The position numbers and the translations under genes were made by a program. The notes beneath the pieces are model-generated. The model did not search any database. It was not told where the DNA came from and saw only the letters and a list, made by a program, of their open reading frames with translations. A stretch of 44,260 nt of DNA from the NCBI RefSeq assembly GCF_006345805.1, contig NW_021835000.1:1-44260 (forward strand), read 5' to 3'. This stretch comes from Octopus sinensis. Taxonomy: Eukaryota. This document shows positions 11,076 to 24,320 of this stretch, piece after piece. Numbering within the stretch: the first letter of the stretch is position 1; each line of letters begins with the position of its first letter.

Positions 11076-12294
11076 AGAGAAAATATGTGAAGAGATTTGG
11101 CTACTATTTCTAGTAGGACGATGTAAATGCTCCAAATTTCGATCGTCTGAAAGTCAGTATTTATGACACTGAAATGATTCCCATTTACTTTTGTTAACGA
11201 GGTTGCCATTTCTTAACCCATACACAGAAAACCCAGAACACCCAGTTTGGATAAGGTTTTATTTATTTATTTTACTTTTCTTCTTTTGCTAAACACTGGT
11301 TGTATTCTAGTTATTCTTTCTTATCCTCTCTTTCTTTACATTTTCTTAACTCTCTGTCTCTTCGTCTTAGTTTAATTCTTTCTTTTCTTCGCTTTTTAGG
11401 AGCGTTTACAGAAAAGACGTCAAACGAAAACACATTAACAAAAAACAAAAAAAGACGGCAACGAAAAAGGAAAGAAAACTTTACAACAATCTATTGAAAA
11501 ATAGTAAGGATAAAAGCAAAAGAAGTGTGAAAGAAAGAGAAAAAAAAGGGGTATGTGAATGAAATACAAATTCAGTTAAAACAATTTTTTTAAAGACCCC
11601 CTACCCCATGGGACGCTTGACACGTATCTGTTGATTCTATATAGGAATCATTCTTTGCAAAAAGTCTTGTCTTGAAATTAGATTATTTTTCTCTTCCGTT
11701 GCCTCTTGGTGAACCATTTTAACACCTCCACCGTCACTACTGCCATGACCTTCACCACCAACACACTAACAGCAATGACACGACCACCACCACTACCATC
11801 ATCATAACCACCTCCATTACAACAATTGCAATCGCCACCACTGCCATCATCACGTGACCAGCTCAGCCTGAATCCATTGATAGGTTTCCTTTTCTTCTTC
11901 TACTTCTTTTTCATCATCTTCTTTTCCCTTTTCTTCTTATTTTCCTTCATCTTTTCCCCCTTGTTATTCTTTTTCTTCTTCCTTCTCTCCTTAATCCTCT
12001 TCATAACCATCATCGTTCTTTTACTCCTCGTATTTGACTTTTTTACTCTTGTTTTGTAGATGTTTTCTTTTGTCATAACTATTTGAGTTGATGTTGGTGT
12101 TGCTGTTATTCTCGTTCCGATTACTGTTGTTAGCACCAATGGCCTGTAGTTTACTGTCATTCAAACGAAAAAATTATTAAATGGTCGTTGGCTCTGCTAA
12201 AAAGGACAACCATCTCACTTTGAAATCACACCACCCTGTCGTTTTCAAGTTACGAAGGCTTCATTAAACAATGTACTCTAAACGCAATGTCTCA

Positions 12295-12474
<180 letters not shown>

Positions 12475-12825
12475 GTGGCTGTGTGGTAAGTAGCTTGCTT
12501 ACCAACCACATGGTTCGGGTTCAGTCCCACTGCGTGACATCTTGGGCAGGTGTCTCTTGTGAGTGGATTTAATAGACGGAAACTGAAAGAAGCCTGTCGT
12601 ATATATGTATATATATATGTATATGTATGTGTGTGTATATGTTTGTGTGTCTGTGTTTGTACCTCTAACATTGCTTGACAACCGATGCTGGTGTGTTTAC
12701 GTCCCCGTCACTTAGCGGTAGAATAAGTACTGGGCTTACAAAGAATAAGTCCCGGGGTCGAGTTGCTCGACTAAAAGTGCTGCTCCAGCATGGCCACAGT
12801 CAAATGACTGAAACAAGTAAAAGAG
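12475..12825 (+). mobile_element. SINE family A with internal deletions
   Basis: Head GTGGCTGTGTGGTAAG..GGTTCAGTCCCACTGCG and tail GCTCCAGCATGGCCACAGTCAAATGACTGAAACAAGTAAAAGAG. Confidence 0.9.
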
Positions 12826-12964
12826 AAAAAGAGAAATATATGTATGTTTGTATATATATATATATATATATATATGCTAAGCTTCAGATAAGACCAAATT
12901 GTTGATGATGTATAGTGTAATAATCAATTAAAGTTGTGATTTTCTCCATTCTTGTACATGTTGT

Positions 12965-12999
12965 TTTGTGTGTTTGTGTGCTTGTGTGTGTGTGTGTGT

Positions 13000-13031
<32 letters not shown>

Positions 13032-13125
13032 TCGTGTGTGCGCGTGCGTGTGCGCGTGCGTGTGCGCGTGCGTGTGCGCGCGTGCGTGTGCGCGTGCGTG
13101 TGCGCGCGTGCGTGTGTGTGTGTTT
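12965..13125. repeat. (TG)n grading into (GCGT/GCGC)n alternating purine-pyrimidine tract
   Basis: Directly visible. Confidence 0.9.
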
Positions 13126-13804
13126 GTGATAATATGTTAATATAACATGAGCATGGAAATCAACAGGCTTTAATGGTAGATCACGAAGTACGTTTCTGTT
13201 AAAGCATGTAGACTTCCATTTTCGTGATATATTGCCTTAGCAGAGAATGAAAGCAGATCTTTGTTTAGTAGCTGTGCCAAAAGAGGTTGTGTGGTGGACC
13301 CGTTTGAAAGGTTTGAAGACAGTCATTTTTCTTATCTGGCCAAGCCCTCATCAGTTTCTTTGTAGACAGGAGGTGTTGCCTTCTAGTGTATTTATCAAAA
13401 GGTGGTCGATAGTGGCAAGACTGGTGAGACTGAATGGATCTACTCTACGTATGCTTTTCTAAGTAGGAGGAAAGAAACTGGGAGAGGGAGGGTACTTTTC
13501 TATACCATGGGGCTGGCAGAGTAATAGAGGATTTTTGTGGGGTGTTTTCCCCGAATTACCCCAACTAGACTGCCCCGCTATTGGGAACTCTATTTATTTC
13601 CCTAACTTCTATTATATAGCCTCTGTTATATCCTTAATGTGTTATATCCTGTTATATCCTCTTGATCGATGTGAACCCCACCTGCTTTAGGAATTTTTGT
13701 TTAGTTCTATTTTTTTTTGTGTGTGTGAACTGTAACTCGTCCTTTAATATTGTCTTCCGTGTCTAGGGGCCTTGTGGCTATAAAATAAATCATTATTATT
13801 GTTC

Positions 13805-13875
13805 AGGCGACGAGCCGGCAAAATTGTTTACGCGCCGGAGAGAATGCTTAGCAGCATTTCATCCATGTTACGTCC
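13805..13875 (+). mobile_element. SINE family C, 5' fragment
   Basis: AGGCGACGAGCCGGCAAAA..AATGCTTAGCAGCATTTC. Confidence 0.65.
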
Positions 13876-13891
13876 ATATTACGTACATATA

Positions 13892-15045
13892 CAGGGTGGA
13901 GGGGTATTTGAGGACATTTTGATTTTAGTTCATTACACCTTCAAATTATATAATGCATCATTTTTTTTCTTCAGATAACCCTATCAATATATCCTGCTAA
14001 CTCAGGAAATGAAAATACATACCATCATAGTTGCTGTACATGCAAACCACAGTAATTTTGAAATTAGCAACTTTCTAAATGTTGCAAGATCATGTGTACA
14101 CAAAGTTCGGTTGGGATTGGAGGCATGTGATGGTAATGCTTCACCTCTATCAAAGAGAAAAAAAAACATTCAGAATGCTCAGACACTAAAAGGACACCGG
14201 GTTTTATACCACATGTTCAATAAATTATCAATAAAAAAAATGAGGTCCATTGCTAAAGGTCTTCGGGTATATGGGTTGACTGTCAGAACTGTGGCATATT
14301 GGTATATTCGGTTCAAGTCCTCTGTAATGAGGAAAGGCCAATTCGTATCCGCAAAGACACAGACAAACCGTCTCATCTTATCAAAGCGGTTACTTAACAA
14401 AGTGAAAAACCCTCATGAACAAAGCATGCTTTGGTTTTTCTTTGACGAAAAAAATTTGTCCAGGTTTAAAAGTCTAACAGAAGAAAAGACAGGCGGTTAT
14501 GTCCAGATCCTTCTGAAGTACCCAAAGTGATGCACACGAAATTTCCAGCAACTGTGATGGTTTTAGGGGTGGTGAGTAGCGAAGGTCAAGTGAAGCCTCC
14601 TCACTTTCTTCCACAGAGTCTTAGAATTATTGTTGATGAATGCATTGAGGTACTGGAAACTGTTATCAAGACATGGATTGGTGAAGTATGCAATGGAAGA
14701 CTATACACGTTTCAAAAAGACTCAGCACCTTCTCACAAAGCCCTGGTCACCCACGAGTGGTTGTCAGACAATCTTTACGATTATGAGACACCCAATATGT
14801 GTGAAGTGATGTTGAAAGGGAGACTAATCGTCATCCTCATAATACCATAGCTTCACTAAAGGCCGCCATTGTCCAGGTGATGTCCGAAGTGAATAAAGAT
14901 GCCAGCGGTTTTGGTCCTCGAAAACGAAGGCAGCTTCTTTGAATGATTTGCTTAAACAATCATTATCAAGGCTAATTGCACAAATGCTTATTCAAAAACA
15001 TATTTATTTATTCTGAAATTGTCTTCAAATACCTCTCGCACCCTG
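13892..15045 (+). mobile_element. Tc1/mariner (maT-like) transposon with both TIRs and a disrupted transposase
   Basis: TIR CAGGGTGGAGGGGTATTTGAGGACATTT after TA; the right end reverse-complements to CAGGGTGCGAGAGGTATTTGAAGACAATT. ORFs 14009-14530 and 14527-14850 give an HTH region, WFFFDEKN, TKFPATVMVLGVVSSEG and FQKDSAPSH. The WPPxSPDLNP/third-D segment is deleted. Confidence 0.92.
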
Positions 15046-15074
15046 TGTGTGTATGTATACATACATATCTATAT

Positions 15075-15610
15075 TCTTTTATTCTTCTATTCTTCTGTAT
15101 ATTTCAGCCTTGAGGCTGCGGCAATTCAGGAGCACCGCCTTTAGTCGAGTAAATTGACCCCAGGACTTATTCTTTGTAAGCTTAGTACTTATTCTATCCG
15201 TCTCTTTTGCCGAACTGCTAAGTTACGGGGACTTAAACAGACCAGCATCGGTTGCCAAGCCATCTTGGAGGACTAACAAAGACACACAAACATACATACA
15301 TACATACATGCATACATACATACATACACACACACATACATACATACATACATACATACATACATACATACATACATACATACATACATACATACATACA
15401 TACATACATACATACATACATACATACGTACGTACTTACGTACGTACTTATGTACGTACGACGAGCTTGTTTCAATTTCTGTCTACGAAAGCCACTCACA
15501 AGTTTTTGGTCGACCCGAGGCTATAGTAGCAGACACTTGCCGAAGGTGCAGCGCTGTAGGACTGAACCTGGGACGATGTGGTTTGTAAGCAAGCTACTTA
15601 CCACGCAGCC
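15075..15610 (-). mobile_element. SINE family A with (TACA)n expansion
   Basis: Antisense SINE A from GGAGCACCGCCTTTAGTCGAG to AAGCAAGCTACTTACCACGCAGCC, with TACA at about 15292-15475. Confidence 0.9.
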
Positions 15611-16046
15611 GTTCAATAATAAAATGTATATTATGCGCATTTATATACAGATGATTTGTTTATATATTTCTGCATGTGCCTATTTATACGTACATCTATG
15701 GATGCATATACACGTGTGTATCTATCATACTCCTTAAAAGCTTGTATGCACATGATCCTGAGTGTATGGTAACACGCATAGACACACTTAAACACACACA
15801 TATACACACACTCACTCAGAGACACACATGCACAAACAAACAAACAAACAAGCACAAGCATACATTAATAGAAAAATATATACGTGTATATTTATACAAA
15901 TATGTATCTGTAAGTATATATATATATATATATATATACATATTTATGTGTGTATGTATGTATGTATATGTACGAATATAATTGTATTATTATGTATATA
16001 TATATATGTATACACACACACAGACTCACATATATATATTAAAAAA

Positions 16047-16092
<46 letters not shown>

Positions 16093-16931
16093 GTTTGTAT
16101 GTAAGCATGCATGTCGTTTTGCATATGGATGTGTAACTTTCTAGCTATATGTTTATATATTTGTGTTTATGTGTGTGTGTTTGTGTCTATGTTTGTGTGA
16201 GTGTGTGTGTATTTGTACATATACAGAGAGAAGGGGTGGGAATGAGATTGACAGAGTGTCATAAGGGAATTTCCAAAAGGCGACATCATAGTACAAAATG
16301 CGTTGAATTGATCCCTACTCCGTAAAACTCTTCTTTTGTACGTATAAAATATCAAAGTCCGTCTATATTAGATTACTCTTGAATAATCCTAATTGCTTTA
16401 ATCTCACTTAGACATTCATGACTGCTTACGTTTTAGCACTTCGCTAATGTCACGTGCTTGTGTGAAATAACGGTGATTGGTCACTTCAGGGAGAACTTGC
16501 CAAAAGACATTTGAAACGACTTACTCACTAAATACTGTGTTCCTCGCACCTCTCTCTCTCTCTCTCTCTCGTTCTCTCTTTCTTCCACTTCTCCTCATTC
16601 GTTCTGTCTTTTTCTCTCGTTCACATACTTCTATGTTCTACCCTCTCTCTTATTCCTATTTCATCTCATTCTATCCAACCAATTTCCTTCGTTTTTATCT
16701 GTGCATATGCAAACATATAAACTTCCATAGACATAGGGTTACATACTCCCAAATACGTATATAGACACAAATACACACACACACACATACACATACACAA
16801 ATACATATATACTTAACATCTTTATATGTATATATGCATATATACATATACTGATATATATGTGTATTTATATATATATGTGTGTGTGTGTGTGTATGTG
16901 TATGTGTGTGTGTGTGAGAGAGAGAGAGGGC

Positions 16932-16988
<57 letters not shown>

Positions 16989-17204
16989 TACGTATGTATA
17001 TGTTTACGTACGTGGAGTGTAATCTCAATGAAAAGTTTATGGCAGCTGGTGTTAAATCTATTATCGCCCGGGTGTAATTATAGGGTGGTGATCTCGATAA
17101 TTACCAACATACGGGTGACTTGTCCGTAATTGTCCACACCTACAGGCACGCACACATTCGCACATACACAAACACACACCCATACATGTGTGTAGGTGTA
17201 TGCG

Positions 17205-17324
<120 letters not shown>

Positions 17325-17531
17325 TACATATTTAAATTTCATGCAAATACAAACAAAATTACATACACAAATATACACAAATGTATGTGTGTTTGTGCGT
17401 GTATATATATATATATATATATGTGCGTGTGTGTGTGTGCATACACGCACATACGTGTACGTATGTATGAATGTTTGTTTGTATATAAATATATATATAC
17501 ATATGTTCACACACATGTATGTATGTATGTA

Positions 17532-17897
17532 TATCATTATTCAATTATATCTGAAGATTTCTTGCCAATAGAGAAAGTGCTGGTTTCTAACTTAGATCCA
17601 AGGCTTCTTCATCGGAATTTCAGCAACATCAACAGGAAATTTTTTGTGTATGTATGTATGTATGTATGTATGTATGTATGTATGTATGTATGTATGTACG
17701 TATGTATGTATGTATGTATGTATGTATGTATGTATGTATGTATGTATGTATATATGTATGTATGTATGTATGTATGTGTGTGTGTATGTATGTATGTATG
17801 TATGTATGTATGTATGTATGTATGTACGTATGTATGCATGTATTATACGTGCAGATTTGTATGCTTTGTTTTATGGTGTGTATTTTTATGCATATAC
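17532..17897 (-). mobile_element. 3' UTR of R4/Dong-type LINE (TACA lineage 2) with internal (TACA)n
   Basis: Reverse complement gives an X remnant (GCATAAAAATACACAC..CAAATCTGCAC), TACA, then Y (GATGTTGCTGAAATTCCGATGAAGAAGCCTTGGATCTAAGTTAGAAACCAG..GAATAATGATA), then TACA. Confidence 0.75.
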
Positions 17898-17959
17898 AGT
17901 AATCCTTCTACTATCGCAGGTCTTACGTTCCAAAACCCACCACGATAGATGAAAATCCG

Positions 17960-18140
17960 CGAGTGAATTTGGTAGATGGAAACTGAAAGAAGCCTGTCGG
18001 ATATGTGTGTGTATGTGTATGTGTGTGTGTGTTTGCGTGTCTGTGTTTGTCCTCTGCCATCACTTGACAACCGATGCTGGTGTGTTTACATTTCCGTAAC
18101 GTAGCGGGTCGGCAAAAGACACCCATAGAATAAGTACTTA
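17960..18140 (+). mobile_element. SINE family A internal fragment ending in a fold-back
   Basis: GGTAGATGGAAACTGAAAGAAGCC..CACTTGACAACCGATGCTGG..ATAGAATAAGTACT. Confidence 0.8.
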
Positions 18141-18267
18141 TTCTATCGGTCCTTAGTCGTTAGACCAGTGCGAGGGTAAAATTAGTGAACGCTGGAGAAA
18201 TATTTTCATGGACAAGAGAAAACTTCGAAAAGAGAGATAGGATACATCCAGTTCTGAGGACTCTCCT

Positions 18268-18345
18268 AAGTGATGGCAGAGGACACACACACACACACCA
18301 CACACACATCCGACATGCTTCTTTCAGTTTCCGTCTACCAAACAC
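18268..18345 (-). mobile_element. SINE family A short inverted fragment
   Basis: Reverse complement of the 17971-18064 segment, sharing the variants TGTCGGAT and CCTCTGCCATCACTT. Confidence 0.75.
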
Positions 18346-18777
18346 ATATACGTGTGTATATTTGTGTATGTAATTTAAGTGTGGAAAAGAAAGATGGTCG
18401 ATGGTCACGTGTGAGCAGCAAGAGAGAGAAAAGGAGAAAGAGGGAGAGAGAGAGACATATATAAAACGTTGAAGGAGAGAAAAAGGGAAAATATTTCTCA
18501 GGTGTTCGCTATTTTACTCTCGTTCTGGTCTAACGACCCTCCATGCTGGTTTTCGTTCTGTTTCCCTGTATGTCTCCACTGTCCTGTTTTGGTTCCCAAC
18601 TTTGACGCTCCATAAATTCCAAATTTTATTTTGGTACTTATGAGAGCAACTGATGAAAGGTCGTCCTTTGTGTTACTTATCCTGTTTTCCATTTGTTTCT
18701 CTCGTTATTTGCGTATTTAACTAACTTGTTTTCGTATTTCATGTTGTTTAATGTTGGTGACATCTTGTACCCATATA

Positions 18778-18828
<51 letters not shown>

Positions 18829-18947
18829 TACGTATATATGTATGTATTTATGTATATGTGTATGTGTGTGTGTGTATATATATATATAGATATATATAAA
18901 TATATTGATATATACGTATATATACGTGCATGTATACTTATATGTAT

Positions 18948-19019
<72 letters not shown>

Positions 19020-19026
<7 letters not shown>

Positions 19027-19235
19027 TTTGTGATTGCTCCACCACGTTGTTTACGAACCGTAAATGGTTTTATTTCCATTCTTTTTTCCAAGCAGTTCTG
19101 CAAAAGGGGTCGATAGAATAACAGTCAGGTTTTTTAAATAAGCAATGATGTTTGTTTGTTCGACTAAAGCAGCTTCAGAGCGGGGTCGCATCATGGCCAC
19201 AATCCAATGACTGGGACATTTAAAAGATAACAGAT
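19020..19235 (+). mobile_element. SINE family A, old diverged 3' half
   Basis: CGATAGAATAA, TTCGACTAAAG and CATGGCCACAATCCAATGACTG remnants follow (TG)n. Confidence 0.6.
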
Positions 19236-19583
19236 AAACGAAAAGAAAATTGTGCCATCCGAAAGCACGGGCACAAAAGACAATTACTTGAGGGCCCACC
19301 AATTCAGATACCCAATGCTAATCTAAGTCTGCTGTAGGTTCCTGTCAATAAGTATATATCACTCACGTCGCGTTACCATCAGAAGGCTAGGATGTTGTTG
19401 ATACGGCTCCGACAACATAAGTAGCACCACAGCAAGTACTACATATTGGTAGTTTCAGAAATATATAACAAAGACTGCGTATTATGAGAATTGAGTTAGA
19501 TATGAAACTTTCGTCCAACGTAAGCCAAAAAAGAGAGGAAACAAATCGAGTTCAAAAGGTGTGTCAGAAAGTTCAGCTATTGC

Positions 19584-20044
19584 ACAAGTGAATATGGGAA
19601 GGACCTTGCCTCTACGTGGTAGCTCAACCTGCTAGAAACAAAAGACAAATCACCTACACATGACACGTTACCGATTGCAAGGAAACTGAAGGAGACTCCA
19701 GTAATGAATATAGGAACTGAGTTTGCCTCTACGTGGTAACTCAGACTGCTAGAAACAAGAGACAAATCACTCACAATTGACAAGCTACCGATTTCAAGGA
19801 AACTGAAGGAGACCACACAAGTGAATATGGGAAGGAGCGTGCCTCTACGTGGTAACTCAGACTGCTAGAAACAAGAGACAAATCACTCACACATGACACG
19901 CTACCGATTGCAAAGAAACTGAAGGAGACTACACAAGTGAATAGGAAAGGAGCGTGCCTCTACGTGGTAACTCAGCCTGCTAGAAACAAGAGACAAATCA
20001 CTCGCACATGACACGCAATCGCTTGCAAAGAAACTGAAGGAGAC
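19584..20044. repeat. Minisatellite, 4 units of ~116 bp
   Basis: TCTACGTGGT recurs at 19611, 19728, 19844 and 19959 (periods 117, 116, 115). Each unit ends in AAACTGAAGGAGAC. Confidence 0.95.
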
Positions 20045-20488
20045 GTTGACCGTTATATGTAGTTCTAGATATTAGAAAAATGACGAGACGATCATGGCTG
20101 GAATACCTTTAAACATTGATCTGTTTGACCAGATCATCGGAGCAGTCTTTGTGCTTGACGTTAGACCCCTCCCCAGTGCCTCTTCCTCCTATACATGTTT
20201 ACAAAGTAGACCCAAAAGCGCCGTCCCAATTAAAGTGTCGCCTTGGGCGGACATCCTCTCTCACCTGCCTCTAACAACCCTACAACAGTTATAACTTTCA
20301 GGTAATCAGCAACAGCATCAGCAATGTTTTTTTCATCTCCAAGATTGTCAATTCGTATCTATAAATTCATATAAATTCATGATATCATTGATAAAGCTGC
20401 CAAAATATTCAAAATGAAATGTCGAAATTGGTCGCTACAAATAAGAAAAAAATTAAAGACATAAGGCAAAAGACAGAGAGGAGGAGGT

Positions 20489-20520
<32 letters not shown>

Positions 20521-20784
20521 AGAGAGAGAGAGAGTGGGGTAAGAGAAAAAAATAATTTCTTGGAATCTGTTCAGCAAACAGTAAAATATGTCAAGTTGTC
20601 CAATTGTTTGACTCAAAATGTGGAACTTTGGTTCTCAAGTTCAACCACGTTTTCGTTTCGCAGGCGAACTGAAAGACTACAACATAAAATATGGACGCGT
20701 ATGTTAAAACAACATACTAAACGATCGTTAAAAAAATAAATTACACCATGCAGATCATTAAAAAAATAAATTACACACACACAC

Positions 20785-20818
<34 letters not shown>

Positions 20819-20915
20819 GTCTCTATTGCGACATGATTTTTGTAGAATAACATACATTAGGACAACATGAATAAACATACAAACAGGCTCACACACATTT
20901 ATATATATATATATA

Positions 20916-20987
<72 letters not shown>

Positions 20988-21123
20988 TATACACGCATAT
21001 ATATATAAACAAATTTATATTATATTGCAAGTGCTTGTACATATATGTATATATAGATATGTACCTTATATATACATATATATATATACACACACACTAT
21101 ATATGTATATAGCAATATGTCCA

Positions 21124-21175
<52 letters not shown>

Positions 21176-21299
21176 GATGTATACATATAATGTACATGTA
21201 CGTATACTCACAGAAGCATACTTATGCGTATGCTCGTGCGTATGTGTGCAAACGTTTCTCTTTCTTTCTCTCTCTCTCTCCTCTCTCTCTCTCTCGCTC

Positions 21300-21334
<35 letters not shown>

Positions 21335-21681
21335 TCACCTCTCTGCGTGCGTGTTTGTGTGTGTGTGTGTGTGTGTACTAACATCCGAACATACAAATTA
21401 AATCAACAATGTTGGTGGTGTCACAAAACGAAGTAAGTGTTTTATCCATCAGTCCCTTAATATAGAGAGTCAAAAGGGGGTCATAAAGAAAACGATAACA
21501 ATGTTATATAAACCTAAACTAAACGACTATAACAAATATACACAGAAGCATGTACAAGCTCACAGAAGCATATGTGTGCGGGTACGTGTCTATGTGTGCA
21601 TGTGAGTTTATGTGCGCGCGCAACCACATTTGTGTGCCGGTATGTGTATAATTTTATGAATGTACTCGTATAATATCTAAC

Positions 21682-21825
<144 letters not shown>

Positions 21826-22220
21826 ATGACGTCCAATGGATGGTGGAAGGTCTTCAACTCGGAATGGAATTGTTTGAGTACCGTTGCGACATGATATTTC
21901 CTGAGCGCTTTAAACCTGGTTTGACCATTTTTGGGGTGGGGTTTTCTTTTTTTGTTTCTGTATTTTGTAGTTTGATTCTAATTGTCTTTTGTTTGTCGCT
22001 GTATCTATGCGCTCAGTTTTGTCTGCAAATTGCTGAAGATAGCAAACTGCTTTGGGTAATCATTCTTACACCGAGTGAAATGACAGTAGAATCTTACTTT
22101 GATGGATGATAGTGATTACACAATATATTAATAATATCATCTCACCAATGTGTTACGTGTATTAAAATATGTCGAAACTATTGTAGTGAACTTGATGCAA
22201 ATAACGTGTCTCAATCTATT

Positions 22221-22366
22221 TGTTGTGTGGACGCCCCCAGACGACGAAGTAGGCTAGCCCAATACGTAGATATAGAGGGAGAAGTCTAGACGTCAGAGAA
22301 GAGTAGTTGAGTAACAGAGGAGAGGAGAACAGTTGAGTAGAAGGCATCCGAACGTGCGACGTAACA
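22221..22366. mobile_element. Short solo LTR (146 bp)
   Basis: Starts TGTTG and ends TAACA. Flanked by the perfect 5-bp direct repeat CTATT (22216-22220 and 22367-22371). Confidence 0.7.
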
Positions 22367-22460
22367 CTATTTTCTGTTATTTATCTATATGATTATATCT
22401 ATTTATTTATCTATCTATATATTATCTATCTATCTATCTTTCTATCTATCTATCTATATA

Positions 22461-23610
22461 CAGGCGTACCTCGGCTTAAGTCGTTTCGATTTAAGTCGGT
22501 TTCGATTATATGTTGGTTTTCAAAAATAATGTATGGAAAAATAAAAATCAAGTTAAGTCACTTTACTCGACTTTACGTCTGTCCGCCACAAATATTGGCA
22601 TCATAAAATCACTAGAAAACCGTTAAAAGCACATAAAATCATGGTACTGTACAATAAATAAGAATAAAAGCGTATAAAATCATGTTAAAATACGTACAGT
22701 AAATGTTAAGATTCACATCATAAAGTAGTGTAGCTTAGGGAACGAAATCATGAAACCAGCTGTGTTGTATTATTTATCGGTCTTTCGGAGCACATATTGC
22801 ACTGTAGTTCCAATATTTACCGTCAGGTGTCGTTGTCACTCGTGATTCCCGCGAGTGTTTCGAATTCAGATTTGGTTACGTCTGTTTATCGGCTATTTTC
22901 TCATTCTCATTCATTTGCGACTTTATCTTTTGCCCCCATGGCTCCTAAGAAATTTTATAGTGAAAGTGCTAAGCGCCATGCTATAATGCTGGAAGATGAA
23001 CTAACAATGGTAAAAGGCCATAAGAAAGGTGAAAAAGTGGTAGCAATTGCACGATTGTTTGGGATGAGTGGGAGAACTTTATCGATGATTGTACAGAATA
23101 AGGACAAGATTTTAGCATATATTAAACAAATCCCAAGGGATGAAGAAGAAGGCAAAATCTTTGAATAAATGGAAAGTCTTCTTTCTCTTTGGATTGAATC
23201 GTCAGGTGCTACTATTAGTGAAGAAATTATTCAAGACAAAGCGGTCTTTGTTTGAGAACCCGAAGAAAAAATATCCAGATGAGAACTATGTAGAGTTGAA
23301 GGCAAGTCAAGGATGGTTCATGAGATTTAAGGAACGTTAAGAAGCAAGGTGAAAGAGCATCAACTGACGAACAAGCAGCGGTGGAATTTCCAAATGCATT
23401 AAAGAAAATCATCGAAGAAAGTGGGTTTCTTCCCAAACAGATTTTTAATGTAGACAAAACTGGATTGTATTGGAAAAAAAATTGTCAAAGAGGAAAAAAC
23501 TATTGCAGGCTACAAGGTCTCAAAAGAACGTGTGACCATTATGTTGGGAGGTAATTGTGCAGGGGAGTTTAAGTTAAAGCCATTGCTTGCTTATCATGTA
23601 CACAACCCCC
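22461..23610 (+). mobile_element. Tigger/pogo transposon, left TIR plus disrupted transposase, 3'-truncated
   Basis: TA then CAGGCGTACCTCG (Tigger-type TIR). From ATG 22938: a CENP-B-like HTH (MAPKK..VAIARLFGMSGRTLSMI), LKASQGWFMRFK, QIFNVDKTGLYWKK and KERVTIMLGGNCAGEFKLKPLL. Stops and frameshifts; no right TIR seen. Confidence 0.9.
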
Positions 23611-24151
23611 AGATACATGCAGACACACACATAAAACTATCAATATCAGTCGTATTACCAGCGACACAAACACCACTTATACCAATGCAAACACCAGCTT
23701 CGCCACCGCCACCACCAGGAACAAAACAACGACCTAAACAACGTGTTTTACGATGGCAGTCAACCAACCGCAACAATAAACAACACACTATCAACACTAT
23801 GTCAAGATCCACGATGACACATCAACAATAACAACGTTAAACAATAAGAGCAATCATAAAAAGAGAAAAGACAGGAAAACAAACAAGGAGCAGCGAACAA
23901 TACATCAATCTCACCGGCTCACAGACATGCCGTTTTACCCCAAAGAGTCGCTTTTATTGCTGTCACAACGTTCTATGTTCTTTTGAACTAGCGATCTACA
24001 CATACACTTTCCTCGGGCGAGTTACATTTCTCCTACCGCATCTCTTATTGTATTTTGTTTTTAAAACATTGCACTTAACGCTTCGTCCAGTCATTTTCCC
24101 TCTGAACCATAACCTCTGAGTCAAAATTTTCTTTCCCTGTTATTCAAATAT

Positions 24152-24305
24152 CTGTTTAAAATTTTGGTCCAAGGCCAGCAATTTCTGAGTGGGAGTAAGT
24201 CGACTGCAACGTCCCCCAATGTTCCACCGGTACTCCCCGAAAGGATGAAAAGCAAAATCAACCTCGGAAGAATGTGAAATTCCACCAAGTATTTTGCCCG
24301 GCGTG
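24152..24305 (-). mobile_element. SINE family C, 5'-truncated
   Basis: Antisense tail AATTTTGGTCCAAGGCCAGCAATTT and GGATGAAAAGCAAAATCAACCTCGG. Confidence 0.75.
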
Positions 24306-24320
24306 TTTTCGTGTTATTCA

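Noticed and set aside
13190-13800. Possible old LINE RT fragment (-) and LINE-like 3' end (+)
   Set aside because: Only a loose KxFxRVxH resemblance, too degenerate to support.
18645-18675. CTGATGA followed by an AAGG/CCTT hairpin as a hammerhead
   Set aside because: No GAAA follows the hairpin.
18498-20294. ORFs 18498-18692 (-) and 20094-20294 (+) as host exons
   Set aside because: Short, with no recognisable domain and no consistent splice-site chain.
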